DNA of 64,000 nucleotides from an uncultured archaeon (GTDB lineage Archaea; Asgardarchaeota; Lokiarchaeia; Sigyniarchaeales; SOKP01). Positions 22,836-32,109 of the stretch are shown piece after piece. The number at the start of each line of letters is the position of its first letter. Position 1 is the stretch's first letter. The stretch lies in the NCBI GenBank assembly GCA_964486045.1, contig CAZALK010000009.1, forward strand, positions 96,001 through 160,000. The letters are read 5' to 3'. The position numbers and the translations under genes were made by a program. The notes below the pieces were generated by a model, which saw only the letters and a program-made list of their open reading frames with translations, was not told where the DNA came from and ran no database searches.

Positions 22836-23016
22836 AGATTATATGGACAAAATCAATCACATAATTGATGAGATTACTTATTTATTAACCAATTTAAAAG
22901 GATTAACGCATGATAAGTTCATTAAAGATGAAACGCTAAAGAGAGCATTTGTTAGAAGTTTGGAGATTATTGGAGAAGCCGTAAAAACCATTCCTAAACA
23001 TGTACGTGAACAGTAA
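22822..23016 (+). pseudogene. HEPN/DUF86 (HepT-type) toxin, truncated
   Basis: RAFVRSLEIIGEAVK then stop at 64 aa, before the Rx4H(xY) motif. Confidence 0.8.
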
Positions 23017-23494
23017 ATAATATATTTAACTATAAATAATACTTTTTAACTTCAGTTATTACTAGATCAATTAAGTCTTTAGTATTAACCGATAAATTCA
23101 TAGAGATTTTTCATAACTCTATGGCGTATTAATTATCGTCATTTTGATAATTTGTGAGTATAGCACCCAAACTGAAAGATAGTAGAAAATCAGGTTTCAG
23201 CTTTAAACATCTTTTAGAAATATCGAGTGTTGAAGATAAAAACATTGGATAATTTTGTCTATATTTGCCTACTTGATTATAAAAATGTTAGAAGTATAAA
23301 ATTTGTTCAATTAAAACCATTAATATTAAATACTAGATCTGTAGAAAAAAAAAAGTTTTCACAAATGTGAGATTTATTTAGTTATTTGTTTATTTTTTTT
23401 TGTTTTTTGTCGCTTATGTTTAGCAGATCGCTGATTTTATTAAACAAATATCAATAACTTTATTAGGTACAATGTGTATTTATAATATAAAAAG

Positions 23495-23516
23495 ATATGG
23501 GATCCATTTCCCATAT
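23495..23516. promoter_or_regulatory. palindromic operator candidate ATATGGGA-N6-TCCCATAT
   Basis: perfect 8-bp arms just downstream of TATA-like TTTATAATATAA. Confidence 0.45.
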
Positions 23517-23591
23517 TATAAAAAAATGAGATAATTAAGCGTAAGAGGAAAAGTAAGGCTATAAAAAATTTTTAAATAGGAGGTTTTAAAA

Positions 23592-23807
23592 ATAACAGTT
23601 CAAGAGTATTTTCGAACATGGGAAGAAATTTGCTTAGAAAAACTAAAAGAAATAGGAAGATCATCAGCCTCAGAATGGGCAAGGGCAATGGGATATGGAG
23701 AAAATCGTAATGGAGTAACAACCGTCATTAAAAGAATTAGAAAAACGATGCCAGAGAAATTGGTAATTTATTATAAACAAAGGCCTAGATTATACGAGGC
23801 TCAATAA
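23592..23807 (+). CDS. small winged-helix-like protein, probable ATA start
   Basis: Not in ORF track. 71 codons ITVQEYFRTWEEICLEKLKEIGRSSASEWARAMGY...TVIKRI...RPRLYEAQ. AGGAGG 8 nt upstream; in-frame TAG at 23577. Confidence 0.7.
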   Translation: MTVQEYFRTWEEICLEKLKEIGRSSASEWARAMGYGENRNGVTTVIKRIRKTMPEKLVIYYKQRPRLYEAQ

Positions 23808-23831
23808 ATAAGAAAAAGGATGTGAACAAAA

Positions 23832-24332
23832 ATATCATTAAAATGTCATCTTTGCGGAAAAGAGATTTATCATGACAGCAAGATATGTCAAATATGTGAA
23901 GAAACAGCTACCAAAAGTGCATTATCCCACAGTGGAAGAGAAGTCAAGAAGTGGAGATGTGATAACTTTTTAGAATTAAAAAGTTTACCATTTGGATGTA
24001 ATCTAGGTTCAGGAATCGAAATTGGCCCGAAAATGATTAATTGCCCTGAGTGCGGAGAGGAATACTCATATGGAAGAAAAATTAGCCATATTTGCCAGGA
24101 CAATTCAATTGAGTTTGGTAAAATATTCGAATTTGAACACCAAGGCCATAAGTGGAATTGTGATACGGCAATGGCATGCATGGAATTATTAACATCCAAT
24201 CTAGATTCAGTTGAATCATTTGTAGAAAAAATCCCGCGTATTGAAAAACTCGAGACAAACGATCATAAATGGAATGATTTAAAATTGAACATTGAGATAG
24301 ATGTGAAGAAGAACCATCTAATTTATGAATAA
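23832..24332 (+). CDS. double Zn-ribbon protein, probable ATA start (track ORF 24033 is the 3' part)
   Basis: Frame is open 67 codons upstream of ATG 24033. ISLKCHLCGKEIYHDSKICQICEE aligns to MEIKCPVCGKKYHYDRKICQDCED of the paralog. In-frame TGA at 23823; ends LIYE. Confidence 0.8.
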   Translation: MSLKCHLCGKEIYHDSKICQICEETATKSALSHSGREVKKWRCDNFLELKSLPFGCNLGSGIEIGPKMINCPECGEEYSYGRKISHICQDNSIEFGKIFEFEHQGHKWNCDTAMACMELLTSNLDSVESFVEKIPRIEKLETNDHKWNDLKLNIEIDVKKNHLIYE

Positions 24333-24523
24333 TAATTTACAAATTTTTTAATTATTAATTCAATAATAAAAGGATTTAAGTAAAAAAGAGAGAAGTATTA
24401 CATAGATAACTCAAAGTAAATGTGAGTATATTGTAGTAGAGAAGAAAATTTAGTCAAGCAATTAAGATTAAGTTATTTCCTTAGCTTTTTTACGTAAGAT
24501 TTTCAAAAATTTTATAGAATTGA

Positions 24524-25891
24524 TTGATAAAATTAAAGAGGTTTAAAAAAATTCAGCAAGAGATTGTATTATTCCCGGGATGTGTAATTACTTATCGGCT
24601 CCCTTTTATTGAAGTTTCAATAAGAAAGGCTTTCGATTATTTAGGGATCGCATTCACAGAAAATTCAAAGTTTTCCTGTTGTCCTGAACCTAATGGAATC
24701 AAAAACTCGAATAAGTTATTATTTTCCATAGCTGCTGCACGGAATCTTGCTCTTGCTGAGAAGGAGAATAAATCTATTTTAACACCCTGTAATGGGTGTT
24801 TTACAACTTTCAAAAAAATAAAAGGTGAAATTGAGGAGGATCACCACTTCAGGAGGAAAGTTAATGATTATTTAGATAAAATTGATCTTAAAGTTCAGGG
24901 AGATTTAGAAGTTTATCATATGGTCGAATTCTTTTCTAAATTCAGAAGAGAAGCAATTAAGGATAATTTAAATTATACCTTGACTGGTTTAAGAGTTGCT
25001 GTGTTTTATGGTTGTCACTTCCTCAGACCAAGTAATATGGTGCAGATAGATGACCCGCTAGAGCCAACCATATTTGATAATTTAATTGAGGATTTAGGTG
25101 CTCAAAGTATTGATTATGATCTCAAGATGGAGTGTTGTGGGGGAAGCCTTGGGAGAGCAGGGAATCCAGCCCTATCATTAGAGATAATAAATGCGAAATT
25201 AGCCAGCATGAAGGAGAATAAAGTTGATTGCATAGTCGTGTGCTGTCCTCAATGTTTTATTCAGTTTGATCATTTACAACATGACTTAAAAAAAGATGAT
25301 CATAATTACGATATTCCCGTTTTATATTATTCAGAAATTGTTTGTATCGCATTAGGGATTGACATTCGAGAAATTATGAAAAAAAACCACAGAACACAAG
25401 TTGAATCCCTTTTTAACAAATTAGAAATCATCCAAGAGAAAAATAGTGAGATAAGAAAACATTTCGATCTTAATTTCTTACTCAAGTGTTATTCATGTAA
25501 AGCATGTGATGATGACTGTATTATTTCAACTAAGACTGAATTCAAACCGAGTGAAATTGTTGGTAGACTTCTTGAGGGAAAAGTTGAGGATGTAATATCA
25601 GATCCTTCAATTTGGTTGTGCCTTGATTGCTATTTATGTTATGAGCTGTGTCCTATGAGGGTTGGGGTGATTGAAATTTTTTCAATATTACGAAACCTTG
25701 CGACAGAACGAGGTCATACTACCAAGGGATATAAGGGTGAATTTGAATCCTTTTATCAAAAAGGAACTGTGGGTATGTTTTCAAAGTCAGCCCGTAAAAG
25801 AGTGGGCTTAGAATCTACAAAACCAAACGTTGGAGATTTGAAAGAATTATTTAATATTATTGAAAGAGAAAATGTAAAACCAGATTCTTAA
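24524..25891 (+). CDS. HdrB-HdrC-like fusion (two CCG domains + 2x[4Fe-4S])
   Basis: FPGC, SCCP, TPCNGC, FYGCH, ECCGG, CCPQC; CYSCKACDDDC, CLDCYLCYELCP. Confidence 0.9.
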   Translation: MIKLKRFKKIQQEIVLFPGCVITYRLPFIEVSIRKAFDYLGIAFTENSKFSCCPEPNGIKNSNKLLFSIAAARNLALAEKENKSILTPCNGCFTTFKKIKGEIEEDHHFRRKVNDYLDKIDLKVQGDLEVYHMVEFFSKFRREAIKDNLNYTLTGLRVAVFYGCHFLRPSNMVQIDDPLEPTIFDNLIEDLGAQSIDYDLKMECCGGSLGRAGNPALSLEIINAKLASMKENKVDCIVVCCPQCFIQFDHLQHDLKKDDHNYDIPVLYYSEIVCIALGIDIREIMKKNHRTQVESLFNKLEIIQEKNSEIRKHFDLNFLLKCYSCKACDDDCIISTKTEFKPSEIVGRLLEGKVEDVISDPSIWLCLDCYLCYELCPMRVGVIEIFSILRNLATERGHTTKGYKGEFESFYQKGTVGMFSKSARKRVGLESTKPNVGDLKELFNIIERENVKPDS

Positions 25892-25909
25892 AAAATAAAA
25901 AGGAGAAAA

Positions 25910-27103
25910 GTGATGAGATGGGAAAATTATACATCCTTACCGGAACAATTTAGGAATCAGAGGGTGTTTGATGGATGTGGAATCTCCGGTTTCATTAATA
26001 TTGATGGCAGCAGAGTTTCAGGGGATAAAGTAATTGATATGTTATGTATTTTAAAAGACAGAGAAAATGGCCTTGGTGCTGGTTTTGCAGGATATGGAAT
26101 TTATCCTGAGTTTAAAGATTATTATGCTTTTCATTTTCTTTTTGACAACGATAATGCTAAATTAAAATCATTAAAATATCTTGAAAAAAATGGCAGAATA
26201 ATAAAATCTGAGGTAATACCTACAAATCTACCATCTGGTATTGATAATCCTCCTATTATCTGGAGAGTATTTTTTGATCCTGAGAATTGCAAAAACCAAG
26301 ATTGCGATGAGAAAATCGTTCAATTAGTTATGGAAATCAATTCAAATATAGAAAATGCCTTTGTAATGTCATCTGGAAAAGATCTGGGTGTGTTTAAAGG
26401 GAATGGCTGGTCATATGAAATAGCTGATTTTTATAAAATTTCAGATTATGACGGATATATGTGGTTAGGACATTCAAGGTTCCCAACAAATACACCTGGA
26501 TGGTGGGGTGGTGCACATCCATTTAATCTGTTAAATTGTTCGGTGGTTCATAATGGGGAGATAACGTCTTATGGAACGAATAAAAGGTATTTAGATTCAT
26601 TTGGATATAAATGTACTCTTTTTACCGATACAGAAGTTATCGCATACTTATTTGATCTCTTATGTCGTAAACATAATATTCCGGTATATCTCGCTGCTAT
26701 TGCTTTAGCACCTCCATTATATAAAGATATTGAAAAATTAGATAAAAAATCTCAAATAATATTTAAAAACATAAGAGCGACTTATAAGAGCGCCATGTTG
26801 AACGGTCCGTTTTCTATTGTTGTTGGCTATTCAAATCCCGTCCCTACAATGATAGGATTGTCGGATAGAAAAAAGTTACGACCCTTAGTGGCGGGAATTT
26901 CTGAAGATAGAAACACAGTTTACATGAGTAGCGAGGAAGCCTCTTTCAAAAGATTGATGCTTAAAGATAGTGATTTTAATTTACAAGATATTTGGCACCC
27001 AAAAAGTGGGACTGCTGTTATAGCCAAAGTTGGGAAAGGATTAATAAGTGATGGACTCGAAATTCCGTTAAAAAAAGAAAAATTTTCTACAGTAGAGGTG
27101 TGA
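25910..27103 (+). CDS. glutamate synthase amidotransferase subunit (GltB1-like, class II GATase)
   Basis: DGCGISG, HSRFPTNT, GAHPF, HNGEI, DTEV. Confidence 0.93.
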   Translation: MMRWENYTSLPEQFRNQRVFDGCGISGFINIDGSRVSGDKVIDMLCILKDRENGLGAGFAGYGIYPEFKDYYAFHFLFDNDNAKLKSLKYLEKNGRIIKSEVIPTNLPSGIDNPPIIWRVFFDPENCKNQDCDEKIVQLVMEINSNIENAFVMSSGKDLGVFKGNGWSYEIADFYKISDYDGYMWLGHSRFPTNTPGWWGGAHPFNLLNCSVVHNGEITSYGTNKRYLDSFGYKCTLFTDTEVIAYLFDLLCRKHNIPVYLAAIALAPPLYKDIEKLDKKSQIIFKNIRATYKSAMLNGPFSIVVGYSNPVPTMIGLSDRKKLRPLVAGISEDRNTVYMSSEEASFKRLMLKDSDFNLQDIWHPKSGTAVIAKVGKGLISDGLEIPLKKEKFSTVEV

Positions 27104-27115
27104 AAACTGGCATTA

Positions 27116-28627
27116 GTGCATGAAATTCTTCCATATTATCGAGTAAATGTTGATCGAGAATATTGCAAGAAATGCAAAAGATGTATAACTCACTGTTCAT
27201 TCGGAGCGTTGTCTTTTAATGGAGAAAGAATTGTTGCGACTGATAATAAGTGTGTAGCATGCCAAAGATGTGTGGTAATGTGCCCAGGTAAGGCAATACG
27301 CATTGTTAAAAATGATGCCTATTTACCTCAACATGGTAATTACACAAGAAAGATTCGAAATATGATATGGGCTCAATCTGGAAGCGGAGGTGTTTTACTT
27401 TCTGCAACTGGAAACGATAGACCAATTAGATCTATTTTTGACGATTTACTTCTTGATGCCTGCCAAGTAACAAATCCCAGTATCGATCCCTTAAGAGAAA
27501 CAATTGAGACTAAAATAGTTTTTGGGCGAAAACCAAAACAACTTGAATTCATTGGTGAATCAGATGATATAAATGAGATATCATTAAAGACCAAACTTTT
27601 TCCAAATTTTGATATAGATATGCCAATTATGGTTGGTCATATGTCTTTAGGGTCAATTAGCTACAATGCATGTCAAGCAATATATCAAGCAGCAAGTGAA
27701 TTAAATATTGTTGCAGGTTCAGGAGAAGGTGGTCTACATCAAGATTTTTATGAATATGCCCCAAATATCATTACAGAAGTTGCATCGGGAAGGTTTGGGG
27801 TAGATATTAATTATTTACACAACGCTGCGGGCTTAGAAATTAAGATAGGCCAAGGAGCTAAACCTGGTCACGGTGGTCATTTACCTGGTGAGAAAGTGAG
27901 TAGTTTAATTTCGCAAACACGAATGATTCCTCAAGGAAGTGATGCGTTATCTCCCTATCCTCATCATGATATTTATTCAATAGAGGATTTAGCCCAATTA
28001 ATAGCAGCATTAAAAGAAGCAACAAGATATAATGTTCCTGTGGGAGTAAAAATTGCTGCAGTTCATAACTCCGCTCCCATAGCTGTAGGAATTGTTAGAG
28101 GTGGTGCTGATTTTCTAACAATTGATGGTTTTAGAGGTGGAACAGGAGCTGCTCCAAGAATTATTCGAGATCATGCAGGAATTCCTATAGAATTAGCAAT
28201 TGCTGCCGTGGATGAAAGATTAAGACAAGAAGGATTACGAGAAGAGATAACATTAATTGCTGGAGGTTCAATTCGATATTCTGCCGACCTAATCAAAGCT
28301 ATTGCGTTAGGAGCTGATGTAGCAATGTGTTGTATGCCAGTATTAATAGCAATGGGATGTCGAGTTTGTCAACAATGTTTTAAAGGTACTTGCTCATGGG
28401 GAATCGCAACTCAACAAGAATATTTAGTGAAGAGATTAGATATTGATGTTGCGAAAAAAAGAATTATAAATTTATTTCATTCTTGGAATGAAGAATTAAA
28501 AGAAGTATTAGGAGCGATGGGTATTGATTCTGTAGAGTCGCTCCGTTCAAATAGGGATCGGTTAAGATATATCGGTCCTAATCCGCGTATTGCGGATATA
28601 TTGGGAGTAAAACATGCTGGGGAATAA
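27116..28627 (+). CDS. glutamate synthase FMN subunit with N-terminal ferredoxin (GltB2-like)
   Basis: two CxxCxxCxxxC, SGEGG, VASGRFGV, EIKIGQGAKPGHGGHLPGEKV, CRVCQQC..GTC. Confidence 0.95.
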   Translation: MHEILPYYRVNVDREYCKKCKRCITHCSFGALSFNGERIVATDNKCVACQRCVVMCPGKAIRIVKNDAYLPQHGNYTRKIRNMIWAQSGSGGVLLSATGNDRPIRSIFDDLLLDACQVTNPSIDPLRETIETKIVFGRKPKQLEFIGESDDINEISLKTKLFPNFDIDMPIMVGHMSLGSISYNACQAIYQAASELNIVAGSGEGGLHQDFYEYAPNIITEVASGRFGVDINYLHNAAGLEIKIGQGAKPGHGGHLPGEKVSSLISQTRMIPQGSDALSPYPHHDIYSIEDLAQLIAALKEATRYNVPVGVKIAAVHNSAPIAVGIVRGGADFLTIDGFRGGTGAAPRIIRDHAGIPIELAIAAVDERLRQEGLREEITLIAGGSIRYSADLIKAIALGADVAMCCMPVLIAMGCRVCQQCFKGTCSWGIATQQEYLVKRLDIDVAKKRIINLFHSWNEELKEVLGAMGIDSVESLRSNRDRLRYIGPNPRIADILGVKHAGE

Positions 28628-29465
28628 AAAAATGGTAGTAAATGGAATTGAAGAAAGGAAGTTTGATATAGGAATTAACGAAACAGTTGAGATAAACGCT
28701 GCTCCAAATGGAGAACCATTGGAATATAAAGAATTAAATGAACAAATTCATCAAGCAGTTAATGCGCATAATAAAAAAATCATTTTACATAATGTATGCG
28801 GTCAAAGATTCATAGGAGCTGCCTTACAAGGAGACATTGAAATTGAAATTGATGGGATCCCTGGAAATGATCTGGGTATTTTCATGGATGGTCCAAAAAT
28901 TTTTGTTGATGGAAATTGTGAAGATCAATCTGGGAATACTATGAACGATGGAACAATGATAATTAACGGAGATGGTGGCGACGTCATAGGATTATCTTCG
29001 AGAGGAGGAAAAATTTATATTAAAGGAGACGTCGGATATCGTGTAGGGATTCATATGAAAGAGTATGAGGATAAACATCCTGTGATAATTATTGGTGGCA
29101 CAGCTAAAGACTTTTTGGGTGAATATATGGCCGGTGGAATCATTATTGTACTTGGTTTAACATTCTTGAAAGATGGAATTATACTTGAAAATGGTCGGAC
29201 AGTATGTGGTAATGAATTGGGAACTGGAATTCATAGAGGAAGTATTTTTTTGAGAACAAATGAGAACTTAGAAGAGAAGCTTGGCGTTGGGGCAAAAATT
29301 TCAGATTATGGAGATAATGAACAGGCTGAAATTATGCCTTACTTAATTGACTACTGTAAAACATTCAACATTCCATTAGATCTAGTTATTAATAAATCGT
29401 TTAAAGTAATCAAACCAATATCAAAAAGACCTTTTGGAGGTACCTATTGTAGTCAATTAATTTAA
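28614..29465 (+). CDS. glutamate synthase GXGXG subunit (GltB3-like)
   Basis: GQRFIG, GNDLGIFM, DFLGEYMAGG. Confidence 0.93.
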   Translation: MLGNKKMVVNGIEERKFDIGINETVEINAAPNGEPLEYKELNEQIHQAVNAHNKKIILHNVCGQRFIGAALQGDIEIEIDGIPGNDLGIFMDGPKIFVDGNCEDQSGNTMNDGTMIINGDGGDVIGLSSRGGKIYIKGDVGYRVGIHMKEYEDKHPVIIIGGTAKDFLGEYMAGGIIIVLGLTFLKDGIILENGRTVCGNELGTGIHRGSIFLRTNENLEEKLGVGAKISDYGDNEQAEIMPYLIDYCKTFNIPLDLVINKSFKVIKPISKRPFGGTYCSQLI

Positions 29466-29546
29466 TCCTAATTTTTCTAAAAATCAAAAAGGAGACTTAT
29501 TCTGGAAATTAATAGCTCTTCTTCCGATTTTTTTTGATTTTGAAAA

Positions 29547-30182
29547 CTATTTTTCTGCAAACACAAATAGATGAGATGAATCTCCCCACTTCGGAGATTC
29601 TTTTACAGATTTAGACCAGATTATTTTAAATCCAATATTTTTGAGCATGATTAAGTTAGTTTTTTTATCGAAACCACTCCAATACATCTTCACTCCTCTA
29701 TCAAAGAAATCTTTTGCATAAGATTCAGGATCATCACTTATATGAAATACCAAAATAACAACACCCTTAATTTTTAACATCCGATAGAAATTACTCAATA
29801 AATCAAAATGTTCATCTCGGGGCACATGAATTATCGAATAATAAGACAATATACCATCAAAATTTTCATCAGGATAGTTGATTTTAGTCATATCTTTACA
29901 AATAAACTCAGCTTTAGGTGCATTTTTTCTTGCTAATTTGATTTGCTTTTCAGAAATATCTACGCCTGTAACTTTAAATTTATCACTTAAATAGTGAGAA
30001 TAAACACCATTCCCACAACCAGCATCTAAAACTAGACCACCTGGGGGTATTCTTGAGCTAAAGTTTGCTAAGTAGTGTAATTCTTCATTTCCCTCTTTTT
30101 CTAAACCAGATATTTCCTGCAGCCTTTCAGCTACCTTATTGTATCCTGTACGAACAATTTCTTTTTTTTCCATATGAACCAC
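29547..30182 (-). CDS. class I SAM-dependent methyltransferase
   Basis: VLDAGCGNG, GVDIS, YSIIHVP. Confidence 0.9.
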   Translation of the reverse strand: MVHMEKKEIVRTGYNKVAERLQEISGLEKEGNEELHYLANFSSRIPPGGLVLDAGCGNGVYSHYLSDKFKVTGVDISEKQIKLARKNAPKAEFICKDMTKINYPDENFDGILSYYSIIHVPRDEHFDLLSNFYRMLKIKGVVILVFHISDDPESYAKDFFDRGVKMYWSGFDKKTNLIMLKNIGFKIIWSKSVKESPKWGDSSHLFVFAEK

Positions 30183-30262
30183 TTAATATACCACTCTCAA
30201 TTAATTTAGAGCCATTGACTGAAATCAATGAATTATAACAGAATAAAATACGAAAGAATTAT

Positions 30263-32053
30263 TTAATCCATAAGACTTTCTAATTGATTTACAAAATCTT
30301 CATATTGTTTTATCCCGAGTTTCCAAAAGTCAGGTTTTGTAATATCTAACCCAACAATTCTTCCTAACTCTTCTGGAGATAAACTTCCACCTGAAGAAAG
30401 CAATTTTTTAAATTTAGGAACGAAGCTTTTCCCTTCTTTCTTATATGTTTGATATAAGGCATACACAAATAACTGAGCATAAACATATGGATAATTATAA
30501 AACCTATGATTAGGCATGTAATAATGTTGTTTCATTGTCCATTCCCAATCCATTTCTTCAAACCATTCAACAGAATCACCGTAAATTTTGTCTCTCCCAG
30601 CACACCAATATTTTGACACCGTTTTTCCATCCAGGTGTACACCATTCTCGATAGCATCATAAAGGCTTTGTTCAAACCATACACGAGCACTCACTTGAAA
30701 AGCCGCTTGACCAGCTTCATCTAAAACATGTGCTATAATCACCATCTTTTCTTCTTTTGTTTCGGCCTTTTCAAGTAGTAAATCCGTCATAAGCAATTCT
30801 CCAAATGTAGAGGCTGTTTCCGCCACGGTAGATCCGTAATGAGAATTAATATATGTCTGATTTCGTGAGACTAAGTATTCATGTATAGCATGGCCAAGTT
30901 CATGAGTCAGTGTATATACTTGTCGTAAAGCACCACCAAAGGATAATAATATAAACGCAGTTTTCCCTCTATACCATCCAGAACAATATGCACCGTTTCT
31001 TTTGCCCTTTCTTGGGCTACCATCAATATGATTCTTTTCAAACATATCTTTAGCATACTCTAAGAACGATTCATCAAAACGACTGAAAGATTCAAATACA
31101 AGGTCTTTTACCTCTTCCCACTCATATTTTTTGTGGGGGGCATTTAGAAGTGGAGCAACAACATCTGCACAAGTTAATTTAGGCAAACTAAGAAGTTTAG
31201 CTTTAATTTTTAGATATTTTTGGTAGACTCCCACGTTCTTTTCAATAGCTTGTATTAAACTATCTATGATTTCTTGAGTGGTATCATTTCCTATAAGACT
31301 GGCGTGCATAGGGCTATTATATTCTCTACGTTTAGAAATTTTAACCCAATCAGCACAAACATTTCGTAGAGCAGAAGTAAAAATTTCTTCATCTTTTCCT
31401 AATAATCCATATATAGATTTATTTGCTGAAATTCTTGTGTTTCTATCTGGATGAGTAAATAAATTGTTTGCTTCCCCATAAGGGAGAATTTTTTCCTCTC
31501 CCTCAACATTTACTTTTATTTCTCTTGTATTTAGCCAGGCACCCTGTAATTGGCTCCATGCTCTCACGCCATGTTGATCTTTTTCAAGAATTATTTGTTC
31601 TTCAATTTCTGATAGTTTATGAGGAAAAGCTCTGTAAATCTTTTTTAAATGATGTTTATAATTTGATATTGTTGGATCAGAAATTATATCCTTGTTTTCA
31701 TAGATATATTTCCCTATTTCTAAATCCAAAAATGTCAGCTTCTTGGATATTTGAGTTTGAAATTCTCTATATTTATTATTGAGGGCTTGAGTTTCCGGAA
31801 GTGTCATATTAGCATTAAAAGAGTTTGTTGCAAATACTCCTAAACCACCAGTTCTGGCTGAAAAATCTTCTATTTTTTTAAATAGTTTATTCAAATCATC
31901 TGCATTAAAATTTTTAATATCTATTTTGCCTTTATATTCCGTTACAAATTGGTCTGCCTCTTTACTTACAGATTGCATCAAGTCTTGTATCTTTGGGTCG
32001 TTATAGTCTGAAAAAATTTCCGATAGATCCCATTTTATTTCTTTTTCTGTCAT
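30263..32053 (-). CDS. pepF: M3B oligoendopeptidase F
   Basis: WDLS N-terminus, GKRNGAYC, TLTHELGH, AETAS, FYNYPY. Confidence 0.93.
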   Translation of the reverse strand: MTEKEIKWDLSEIFSDYNDPKIQDLMQSVSKEADQFVTEYKGKIDIKNFNADDLNKLFKKIEDFSARTGGLGVFATNSFNANMTLPETQALNNKYREFQTQISKKLTFLDLEIGKYIYENKDIISDPTISNYKHHLKKIYRAFPHKLSEIEEQIILEKDQHGVRAWSQLQGAWLNTREIKVNVEGEEKILPYGEANNLFTHPDRNTRISANKSIYGLLGKDEEIFTSALRNVCADWVKISKRREYNSPMHASLIGNDTTQEIIDSLIQAIEKNVGVYQKYLKIKAKLLSLPKLTCADVVAPLLNAPHKKYEWEEVKDLVFESFSRFDESFLEYAKDMFEKNHIDGSPRKGKRNGAYCSGWYRGKTAFILLSFGGALRQVYTLTHELGHAIHEYLVSRNQTYINSHYGSTVAETASTFGELLMTDLLLEKAETKEEKMVIIAHVLDEAGQAAFQVSARVWFEQSLYDAIENGVHLDGKTVSKYWCAGRDKIYGDSVEWFEEMDWEWTMKQHYYMPNHRFYNYPYVYAQLFVYALYQTYKKEGKSFVPKFKKLLSSGGSLSPEELGRIVGLDITKPDFWKLGIKQYEDFVNQLESLMD

Positions 32054-32109
32054 GATAATCGAGAGTTTTAAATTTAATATAAATTAGAATCATTTCCTTG
32101 TTAAAAAAA

